DNA of 63,880 nucleotides, counting the filler, from Intoshia linei (taxonomy: Eukaryota; Animalia; Orthonectida), in the NCBI GenBank assembly GCA_001642005.1. It is 6 parts of 6 records of this genome, joined end to end, with 100 filler letters (N's around TTAATTAATTAA, not from the genome) between each part and the next. Parts side by side here need not be neighbours in the genome. Positions count along the whole stretch, not along the records: positions 1 to 17,091 come from LWCA01000820.1; 5 more parts are not named here. One strand, written 5' to 3'. A model generated the notes under the pieces. The model did not search any database. It was not told the DNA's origin and saw only the letters and a list, made by a program, of their open reading frames with translations. The translations under genes were made by a program, and so were the position numbers. Shown piece after piece: positions 1 through 11,328 of this stretch (position 1 is the first letter of the stretch; every line of letters starts with the position of its first letter).

Positions 1-1813
1 TAATCTAATTTGAGTAAAGAACAATTTAACTCGATGAATCTTTTCAGTACTTTTTCTAATTACCAAATTTAATCTATGAGCAAAACAGGGTATGAAATAA
101 GCATATTTAAATCCTTTATCTTTTAATTTTGTTCTAACTCCATTTAAATGACCTGACATAACTGCCGCACCATCGTAAGTCTGACTAATCAATTTATTTC
201 GTATTCCACTATAGGAAATTAAAGATGATTCTACTACATCAGCTATTTCATTGTATATATTTGTCTATTGAAAATATATCATTTTGAATTGTGCTTGAAA
301 CACCCGTAAAATATGATCCATCTTTGGTTAATAATATCGATTCAAATGAACTATCCATTTTAACAGTTCTCTATAATTTCCTTGATTAATGCTATTTATA
401 CCTTCATCGTGACCACGTAATGGCATTTCTTGTTTGCAAAGATATAATACAGCATTGGTTAAATGTTTCAGGTACTGCCTATTTTTTTTAACATTTACGT
501 TATGTTGTAGTTTTTTTAATTTGGTCGTTTCATTAAGAGCAGATTCAATATCTATCTTGCCAAATATTTTAAGGCATTTGTAATTATGTATATGAGATTG
601 TGATTTACTGTACCACTTACTATCTCCTAAAATATTTCGAAAATTATTATATCCGCTATCTGATTAAGATTGACTTAATTTTAGTTTAAAAAGTAAACAA
701 GGCCAGCGGTATACTTTCACATAACCAATCGATTTTCTCGTACAACTTCATTTGAAAATTACGAGTATTTGCTGTAGTTATTAATGGAGGTGTAGGCCTA
801 CCAAATTCAATTATAGATCGCTTTTCAGCAATACTTCGACATCCAAATAGTGTATCTTTCAAACTTTGAATAATATCGTTAATCATTCTATGTTAAAATA
901 TAATTACATATAAATACACATTGACATACTTTGTAATAAATTCAGTAATTTTTATAAATTTCAGTGAGATAAAAAAATAAACAATACTAAAAATTAACAA
1001 ATATAAATAACACGCAAGAACGATAATAGAAAATATAAATGTTTGTAATATTGCTATAATCTATTTCAATTATTGAGTAATTTACTCTTTATATTTGAAT
1101 TATGAGTGGAATTGAATATAACTAAAAAACAACATTTATTCGTTGTATTTCATATATAAATTCCAGACAAATAATAATAATGAGAACTTTTTATTTATTT
1201 ACTCGTGCCATTTTGAATTGAAACGAATAGAAAATTTCTTATAGAAATTCATTACAAATTCATGACAACTTTATCATAAAGTATAACAAAATAATAATCT
1301 GAGTAACATTAGCCACATTACTTAAATTAAAATACATTTTATTTAGACTTGAATCGATAGAAACACTGAAACTTAATATCGATCAACAAGTCTGAAAAAT
1401 ATATTTAAATTATTTATTTAAGTATTTTACACTATAATATTTGCATTTACATCGTTACAATCTGAACTTTTTATTTATTTATTCGTGCTTAACTTAAGTC
1501 TTAGGTTAAGTTTTATTATCGTCAAGCAATTCTGTACATTACTGGTGTGTAGAAAATTGTCACAAATTATATAATTTTTATGAAATATATATTTAATTAT
1601 AGCTATTATTTTATACATTTATTAGTAATAAATTATTACGTTATGCTTTTTATTGATTGTTTATCAGTATTTTAAAGCCAAATCACTGAGTATTATTTTC
1701 TCATAATTTAAAAATAATAAAATTAAAAATATCGTGAAATTGTTAAATTTATCAACTCCCAAAATTTCTACTCGTGCTGAGCACGAGTGGCACGAAATGG
1801 AGAGTCGCCACTG
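1..1813 (-). mobile_element. Degraded hAT DNA transposon (ZMYM1/DUF4371-type transposase relic), continuing past the window start
   Basis: Minus-strand fragments broken by stops and frameshifts: GRPTPPL..RNFQ..YEKIDWLC (886-686), MPLRGHDEGINSINQGNYRE (~427-370), QTYDGAAVMSGHLNGVRTK (~185-130), AYFIPCFAHRLNLVI (~103-60). A candidate 5' terminus CAGTGGCGACTCT (minus strand) lies at 1801-1813. Confidence 0.8.
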
Positions 1814-2700
1814 GGCCAGAATAACTAAAAAAAATCCGCGCAAATCCAGATGGAAAATATACATAATGATATTTTAAATTACGATTTAAAGTTTAACTTA
1901 ATGAACTAATAAGTTTATCATGATCTAGAAATGACAAGTCGATAGTATATATTTAAAGTCTAAGTCAATGATCCTTACTTATATAATATGCTTTGCAATA
2001 TTTGTTTGTGTGGGTGTTTCTACACATTTCAATAAAGAAATATGGGTGAAAATTTATATAATTCATTCCTTGGAAATTTTTTTCATTGCTATGCAATTTT
2101 TAAATCTCAATTATCATTTTCTATTTTTGTAAGTATTTTGTATAAAATTTAAATTAAAACTACAACAACGATTACTAAAAGTAATACAACTTTGTTATTG
2201 TCATTTTTATATTATATGATATATTGTATTACAATCCTTTGCAATATTGGTAAAATTCGCCTGAAATATTTTTATAAAGTGCTGATTCCATTAATTATTC
2301 ATACATAATTGGTATTTTTAAGTATTTATTAGGTTAATAGGTTTTTATAATTTTATTTTTTCTGGAATTTATGCTATTTATGACAATTTTTAGGATTGGA
2401 CTGTTTTTACTTTATTTTTAATATTATACACACATTCTGTCTAATACTAATTCTGAATGTTCCCAAACTTGTTTGAGGTGGAACCTTCATACATAAATGT
2501 ATCACATTACATTTTACTTTAAATTGAAATATTCCAGCTTAATTTTGTTTTGTTAACATTTGTGTATAGAATTTCAAAAAAAAATTTGTGATCCCATTTT
2601 TTTAATTTATTTAATTTTAAGTCGGTTCGGGCAGAGTTAGCTGCTATTTATACGAGTTCAATAACTGTCAATATAGTTTTGAATAAAAAATGAATCTTAC

Positions 2701-5700
2701 AAGATTCCATAACATAATTGTTTTGATTAATTTGTTTTAGTCTTGTTTCGCAATTTTTCATCTATTTGAAATAATGACATTAAAATATTAAAATTGATCA
2801 AACTTGAATGTATAATTCTTCAGATTTTAAATAGTTTTGTGTTTCTTTAATATTTTTAGTGATTTCTTTCAAATCGGATTTTAATGTCTCAATTTTTAAT
2901 GTATATGACTCGTCCATTTCTTCCAGTTTCTATAATAATACATATTAAATGTAATTTTTGGTCAATAATTGGTACAACGAAATTAATTTTAAAATTACTA
3001 ATTTAGAAATGTAAATTTAAATATGGTTCCAAAATAAAATGAAAAAATGCATCAAACATTACCCTCGACAAAATTAGCTACTTGTTATACGCAGTACTAA
3101 AGAGTATCTAGTCATGACACTAAATCAGGGGTGCACAACCTTTCTACCAATTCAGTCGCAAAGATACTTTACTCATTGGTACTACGGCCGGACAAAAGAA
3201 ACTGAGCAAAGTCAAAAATGTAACTTTTTGATTAAAACATTGTAAATTGCCATTTAATAAAATCTAATTTAAACTTTTCAATTTGAAGTAATGATGATAT
3301 AAATTGCCCACGGTCGCACATAAACACTCTCATGGCCACAGGTTGTGCACCCCTGGGCTAGATGTATGAAAATAACCTCTCGTTTAATTTTTTCATCAAT
3401 TTTTAATTGATCCACATTATTAAATGTTTCTAGTTCAGTCAAATATTGTTCCCTTTCCTCTTTCAGTTCAATCGTTTCTTTCGTTAATTTTTCTTCCAGT
3501 TTTTCCATTTTTTTAATATTTTCTGCTAAACTAACCGATTCTAAAATTTTGAGTATTATAACAGTATATATTAAAAAATAAAAATGATTATTAATAATCA
3601 GTACAATAAAAATGTATATTTTACTATGAGATAGTTCTATAGCAGTTAATTCAGATTTGGATACTTCATCTTCTTTTAATTTCAAATCTTGTTTCATTTC
3701 ATTAAAAACTTGTTTTGTCGGTAGAAATTTTATTTTTTGCATTTTCTATCAAAAAATGTAAATTTATAATTAATAATTAGATTTTCAAAAATTTCAAAAT
3801 TATACGACGCCTTATTAGTGGTACATTATGTAATTAATTTTATTGTAACCGTGAAGAATTTAATCAAGTAAAATTACATTTAACAAAAATATTAGTAAGT
3901 GGAATTAATAAAATTGTAAAATGGATAATTTTTTTATAAAACTAGTTAAACTGTTTTGTACTTTGTACAAAGAATAACTAGCTTTGTCCAGGGGGGGGGG
4001 TACTTTTTTAATTTTTATATTAATAAAATGAATATAATCTAATGAGAAGAATTTAATAAACATGTTACTTTTACCAAGCATTTCTACTATTCATTTTAAC
4101 CAATACTTTAAAGCAGAAATTTCGTAATCCTTTGAATTTTTTGCTGACGATTAAAATGTACAGTGTAGTAAAGTGTATTTTTGATAATGAAGGCATAAAC
4201 TTTGATATTTAAATTTATCCTGCATATTAACTCTCAAATTGAAAATACTCTATTATATCTACTATTTGATTTTTTTAATTCTAGAACTTTCACTTTATTT
4301 TTCTTTTTTTTAAAGTAGGGTTTTTGACCTTATATCAATTTTGTATAATGAAGGTAAGATTTTAGGTAAAAACGGCACATACAAAAACGGCAAACTACAA
4401 AAACGGCACAGACAACAAAGGGCACAACTTAAATAATTAGAATTACATAGCAATGAAAATACAATTGTATTGATATGATCACAAGTAGAACTTGAGACTA
4501 AATTTACGAAATGAGTGTATTATAAAAAATCTGCAAATGTTATCATTTATTACTAATTATTAAAACAAACAAAATCTTATATTATAAGCAATTCCGCGTT
4601 AAAATAGACTAATAATTAACACTTTTTAACAGCGTAACTCTATTTTTTACAACAAAACATCATATATTATGTATTTTTAATTAGAATTTATAATTGAATA
4701 AAATAAAAAAATATTCTCTGGTGTGAACACCATAGAATATTTTTAATTTTTTTGTAATATGGTTTGTAGGTAAAAAATTAATTTTAATATTTCAGTTTTA
4801 ACTTAGGTCTGTAGTGGATGAATTTTATAAAATCTAATAATAATATATAATAAGAATGAATCTAATATAGGTCAAATGTTAAGTGAAATTGCGTTATATC
4901 AGTGTAGTTTCGGTATTTCATTGCCATGTTATTATAATTATTTAAGTTGTGCCGTTTTTGTAGATTACCGAATGTAATGTACAATGAAATTTATGATACT
5001 GTATAATTATTGAAAAACTATTAAATTGAGTGTTTTTTTATTTTGGAACTCTTGATTTTTAATTAAACGGTATGACACAAAGATTCAATTTTATATACAT
5101 TTATAAGTGAGGGATATATTACTCACTGTAATATTGTACGTCTCAAATCGAATTTTACAAATATCGTCCATGTTAGTATATATTCTTGCTTTGAAAATCA
5201 ATAGTTATAAAACGTTTTGAATTGATGCTATAAATTTAAATTCAAATTAGACAACTAAATTTTAAATTCAGAGATTGAAGCCTAGATTTTTTAATTATCA
5301 GTTCAAAGTATACGATTCTAGTTTTAATTTTAGTTTTAAATCAATAATTTGAAACATTCAATAAATGGTAAATGATACAGTGAAGACCTGGTACAATATC
5401 TTGGATTGATTTTGTAATGAACACCTAAACCTAAACAGGATAATAATGTCTAAGAATTATCCTTATTTAAAAAAAAATATAGGACTGTTTACATTGGAAA
5501 ATTAGAAATCAAACAGAAATAAACATTGAATTTTATAATAGTAAGAATATTGTATACCTCGCTTGTTAAAAATAACATATTTTCTATGGATTCTCTGTGA
5601 TTTTTTATTTTTTTCTAAATTAAAATAATATATTTTTAAGATAACGGATAATTTGTCTAAATATGGTTTATAATGTATAATTATAATTATAATCTAATAT

Positions 5701-8700
5701 AATGTTGAAATAAATTTGTTTGGATAGTTAATTATTAGATCCATCGTTTTAGACAAATTGTCCGATAATCGTTTTTAATTACATTATATTTGTCTTTATT
5801 TCCTTCATAGTCCTCGAAAAATTCTATATTAAAATTTAGTAAAAATTGAGGTATAACAGAAACAGTTTGTAATCATCAATATCAAAACACAATGCATTTG
5901 AACCTATATACAAGTGATTCTCAACCGGTACACCCTAGCGTACTAGTGCCCACCAAAAAATTGACAAGGAGCTACATTGAACATATATACCGTTTAATAG
6001 ATGGTCAGTTATATCAGATTTTTTTATACCGAAACAACTTTTTTTCTTAAATTTGCTGCTTTTCCTTTCACAATCGTATACTATAATAAATATTTCTAGT
6101 AAGCACCAATAAATATAAAATTTTGACTTTTTATATTATCAATGTTTAAAGTTCTTATAATTTTATAAAAATTTTCACTAAAAACAAAAATAAATGAGGT
6201 AGAATTACATTTAAGGATACAAAGTAAACATCCAAACATGAAGAGCAACACAAGATCACTCAAAACATAGCTACAGGATCTCATCATAAGATTTCAGTAA
6301 ATAAAGTTATATTTTAGTTTTTGTAGATCATTTTTTTATTAAATTTTTAAAATGCGTCTGCAAAAAATTCTCCAAAATAATTTTTTTTCAGTGTAATTAT
6401 AAAACTGTCATACGCGACTTTATTCGTTCCTACCACATAACATTTCCAAAAAAAACACTAAAATTTACACTCCTAATATATACAGTAGTTTTTAAGTGTA
6501 TCAGTGGTTCTCAAGAGTGTTATGGGTTGCGGGTTATTGGGCAACAAAAATTATGATATATCCTTACTTGCATAAAGTCATTGTTGCTCAAAATATGCGC
6601 ATGTCTGTAATACACTATATAGAATACTGTATATGTATTGTCACTTGAGAAAAGTGGATGTCTCTTAAATTTCAAAAACTAACATTCTATGTCAGTATTT
6701 CCAATATTAGAATATAAAAAGAACAATCTCAAATGTAAAAAATAGGCATCTTCACAGCCAAAACTACAAAATAGAGTCCAAGAATTATAAAAAACACAAA
6801 TTACTTATCCTAACTTATACATTGTATTGTATACTATACAATAACACGCATAAAACTCTTTATTTGTCTGTGTGTTATCGTTTATTTCAATAAATAAGAA
6901 TCCTAGAATTTGAACAAACACAAATTCCAAGTCAGATTTTTACGGGGAGAAAGTAAGAAAAATTTCAATTTCAGAAACATATATCTTCCCGTCCAAAAAC
7001 CCATTTATCCTTTTTTTAAAAAATCAGACGAGTCCTAGAATTCTAAAAAATAATCACTTGATTCAGATTTTAAAGTCATGAGCATTATCATAACTTTCAA
7101 ACTGAAAAACTGGCATATTCATGGTCAAATTACAAATTATCATTTATTTTGAAAAATAAAATACTTGGGGTCACACGGTTCGAATTAAGAACCATTCCTT
7201 TTGTGAAGATAATTATTGAATTTAAAATGAATTTAATTTGGAATTCATAATAAAATTACGATCCAATATTGCTTCTCTGCGTTTTAATTCGTCATATTTC
7301 TTTTTTTGGTCACCTAAATAAAAATTAGATAAAAATAATTATTTATGTTTATGTATGTATCAAATACACTACATTGCGTAATGCTGATGTTAAATTGCTA
7401 CATAAAAAAAATCTTAGGGCATTGAGTCATTTTTTTATTATTAACAATTTAATTTAGACCATAAAACTACTAACATGAAACCAGAAACCAATGAAAATGT
7501 TTATTATATATTCTACAACTAAATACGGGCGTACATGGACATAGCGTCTCGGAAAATTCAATGTAATGATTCACAAAGTTGATTTATTGAATTGGGAAAC
7601 TCTGCTCTGTATAAAATTCAAAGTTAAAATTAAAAGAGTCCTAGGTCAGATGAAATAAAATTTAACAATTGGATAATACATACCACGATTTTCTTCAATA
7701 TCAATGTTCATTTGTGCAATATCATCTTTTATTGTTTGTATTTTTTTAGTTAAATCACGATTTCTATTTTAAAAATTAAATTGAAATAAATTCTAAATTA
7801 CTCTCGTTCTATCGATGATATCGTTATGTTGTCTTTTTTAATATCATTTAACAGTAAATCCTTGTTTTTTTCTGCATCTTGGTCCGTTGATTTTGATGTC
7901 ATTTCCTTTTTTTTTAGTTTTAATGCATTAATTTCTTGTAATAAATTTGCTAAAGTACTAGTAAAAACATAAAAACTAAAATAATTTTAATATTTTTATA
8001 ACTCTTACTACATTGTATTATATTTTAAAACTATTATTTAAACGTTATCCTTTGCTTGTGTAAAATTGAATGCCCGTGTTACAATTTATTTACAAAATAA
8101 CAGTTTTATAATTAAAAAAACCAAATTTTTATATACACTTGAAATTTTGTATTTATATTAACTGGAATAAGCTCTATCAGAATAATCTTTTTTTTTAATT
8201 TTCGGACAGTTAATTATTTCACATTTTTTTGAATAAAATATTTCGGAAAAAAAATATACGAATACTAAAATGCTTTTTTGACCGTGAAGTCTTCCTTATT
8301 CGGATGGAAATTTTTTAAGTGTGTTAACAGAATACAACTGTACCACCTGTAAATTTTTTGAAATTCTAGGGCTGTTTTCATTAAAAAAAGAAGGGTGTTT
8401 GGGGTTTTGGCACTGAAGATATAATTTTAAAATCCGCATCAGCGTGTATATTTTTTTAAATTCTCCAACGTGTTTGATTTTCAAAAAGAGGGACAACTGG
8501 GGTTTTTGACCCGTAAGATGTCAAATTGGGAGGTGGAAATTTATCTTAATATACGTCCCAAAAAAAACTGTTATTGAAATGTTTAAAAAAATTTAAGACG
8601 GGTAGTTATTTAAATAAAGCGTAACACACAGACAGACACACACAAACAAAAATCGCGTAGCATATTATATAAGTTAGGATAACCTGCATTAATTTTAATT

Positions 8701-9827
8701 GGATATTTCGATAATTTTTCAAGAATTGTGTTTTTCTTATCATTTTTTAAATCAATATTTTCCTGTATTTTTTCAATCTCTTTTGTTAAATAATCATTTT
8801 CATTAGATAAAGACGTATATTTTTGTTTAATGGTATCATCCTAATATTATACGATATTAAAATAATTATCTAACTTTAAAAATAGGCTACTTACATTAAT
8901 GAAATGAAATGAAATAGAAACAATGATAAATATAACAATAATATTTACAGTACAATAAACCAATTTTAATACTTTAAAAACTTGCCATATTTTCAATTAT
9001 TTCTTGAATAGAATATTTTTCCTTCATCAATTTTTCATCTTTATCTTCAATTTCTTCTTCTAATCTAAATTGTTAATATATACTATGACGTACATTTTTT
9101 TAGAAATAAAAAATGATTTAAATTCCAAATAATACCTAGTTTTATCTTCAAACGCATCATCCAATTGATTTGAATTTTGTTCATTTTTGATCAATAACTA
9201 AATGAAAACGTAAATGTGTACAATACGACGTAAATAATGATTATAAATACTTCATTTGTTTCAGCCATTATATCTTTAAATGATCCCTCTTTATTTTTTT
9301 TATCAATAACAATATTGTAATCAAATAAATCATCTTGAAATTGTTTAATTTCACTGGCAATACATTCAGCTCTTTTTTTATATGTCAAATAATTTCCTTG
9401 GTCACTTTCAATTTCATTTGTTTCCTCTTTAATTTTTTCAGTTTCACTTACAATTTGTTTAATTTTGTTTTTTAGTTGAACTATAAAGTAGGACTTGTCG
9501 TGAACATGACGACTTCCTTTTACAGTAGTCTTTAAATCACCAAGTCCCTGAATTTTTAATTAAAAATGATTTTTTAATAATGTATTACGTAATTGTAATA
9601 ATTATCACTGTTAATAAAATTACTTGTTGAGTGATTGGTCGTTCTTGTACATTAAAATCATTGGGAATGTCTACATTTTAAATTATTTACTAATTGTTAA
9701 TTTGAAAATTATCACAATTATGACAGTATAAAAAGTTAGAAAAAATAAAAATTTATAATTTACGTGAATTTCCACTATCTTTGGAACTTTTTTTTCGTCC
9801 AGTCCTAGAAACTGGTCTGTACGACAT
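2701..9827 (-). CDS. IFT74: Intraflagellar transport protein 74, multi-exon; final exon not located (probably between 1814 and 2700)
   Basis: Spliced translation MSYRPVSRTG...ERPITQQ/GLGDLKTTVKGSRHVHDKSYFIVQLKNKIKQI..QGNYLTYKKRAECIASEIKQFQDDLFDYNIVIDK...KKYDELKRREA...FNEMKQDLKLKEDEVSKSELT...MKNCETRLKQINQNNYVMES. This follows the IFT74 hallmarks RPVTQQGL, DKSYY, YEKRAE.LA.EIK..Q..L.DYN and EQNNF.M. Confidence 0.9.
3126..3355. mobile_element. hAT-type MITE in an IFT74 intron
   Basis: Terminal inverted repeats CAGGGGTGCACAACCT...AGGTTGTGCACCCCTG; degenerate 8-bp flanks CACTAAAT/GGCTAGAT. Confidence 0.75.
4365..4970. mobile_element. Non-autonomous TIR element with repeated subterminal AAAAACGGCACA motifs
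   Basis: Left end has tandem AAAAACGGCA(C/A)A followed by GGCACAACTTAAATAATTA; right end is TAATTATTTAAGTTGTGCCGTTTTTGTAG. An internal segment recurs at ~62760-62870. Confidence 0.55.
8060..8679 (-). mobile_element. Copy of the Helitron-like non-autonomous family, in an IFT74 intron
   Basis: Minus strand begins TCCTAACTTATATAATATGCTACGCGATTTTTGTTTGTGTGTGTCTGTCTG and is colinear with the copies at ~18830 and 22375. Confidence 0.7.
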
Positions 9828-10120
9828 TTTTAATGAAAAAAAGCTTTTTATAGTGTTTATCAGTTACTAGTAGATTATGTCAAATTATTACTTAGTAAAA
9901 TATACACAATAATTTTCTTTTTAAAATGTATAGTTTATAATTCGATATTTATATATTAACACGTAACTACTTGCGTGGGGTAGAAAACTACCCTAAAAAT
10001 ATATTTTAATGTTGATATCAAAACGTCAAATGTGACAGATTTGTGACATACTTACAGTGTAAGTCACAATAATAATAATAAAAATAATTGTTTCATGATG
10101 AAATATAAGCTGATATAGTA

Positions 10121-11227
10121 TAGTAATGACCAAACAATGTATAAATAAAATTGATCAAGCGTAGCAGAAATAAACCGGTGTGCCATTGGAATGATTTCGG
10201 TTATTGTTCACTTTGAATTACATTATAATTATATCCATGTGTGATTCTATTATATCTAATTTTATTGAAGTTTGATGCAGTGTGGAAGAATAAAATGATT
10301 AATTTTGATATTTTTAATACAATAATTCTAACTATATTGTATTTTTTGTAGTTGGTCACAATTATCAATCAAATAACACAATTATAGAAGTCGCGGATTT
10401 CAAAAAACTAAAGTGTATACGAAAGATTAATGATTTTAGAAATTTAATTTGAAAAGACCTTTCTTATTCATCGTGCAGCTATTTTTTAATTAAACACTTA
10501 ATTAAACAAAAAAAAATTTATTTATTTACATTTTATGTATTTCCACCACCACATATAGTTAGACAACATGTTAACATAATTTAAAAATTTAAAATAAAAC
10601 AAAATCTATTTTTCTTTTCTAAATTACATGAACATTCTTTAAAATCAATTAACATTTTCAAAATATAAATTTCTCAATAAAGTAAATTTTAACAATATAC
10701 GTTTTGCGTTTTAATCTAAATCCAGCCACTAAGACCATATATGAGTATTTGAGAAGTTGATATAGAAATAATAAATTAATCTTTTATGAATGAACAAATT
10801 AAAATGTTAATAACACTTGAACTACACGGTGTATTTGATTTAAATTTTGTACATCGTCTAATAGTGTTAGTCTGAATAATTTGAAAAAATTTTTTGAAAA
10901 TTTTTTTTGGAGTGTTGCACAGTGTTATTATCAATTAATTCACACTGTTCATAAAAAAGACTTGCCTTATAAATATAACCACTGTATAACGAACCAACTA
11001 CAAAACATACAATATAGTTAGAATTACTTAGTAAAAATATCAAAATTAATCATTTTATTCTCCCACACTGCATCAAACTTTAATATAATTAGATATAATA
11101 GAATCACACATGGATATAATTATAATGTAATTCAAAGTGAACAATAACCGAAATCATTCCAATGGCACACCGGTTTATTTCTGCTACGCTTGATCAATTT
11201 TATTTATACATTGTTTGGTCATTACTA
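10121..11227. mobile_element. ~1.1-kb non-coding element with ~235-bp terminal inverted repeats
   Basis: 10121-~10356 (TAGTAATGACCAAACAATG...GTAGTTGGT) is a near-perfect reverse complement of ~10993-11227. No ORF inside and no clear TSD. Confidence 0.8.
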
Positions 11228-11328
11228 CACAGTATAAAACAAAAATTTAATAATCAGTGTGTTAATGTTAATTTTCATTAGTTTTAATTCTTGATTTCAG
11301 AAGCATATTTTTAAACCATATTTTGAAA

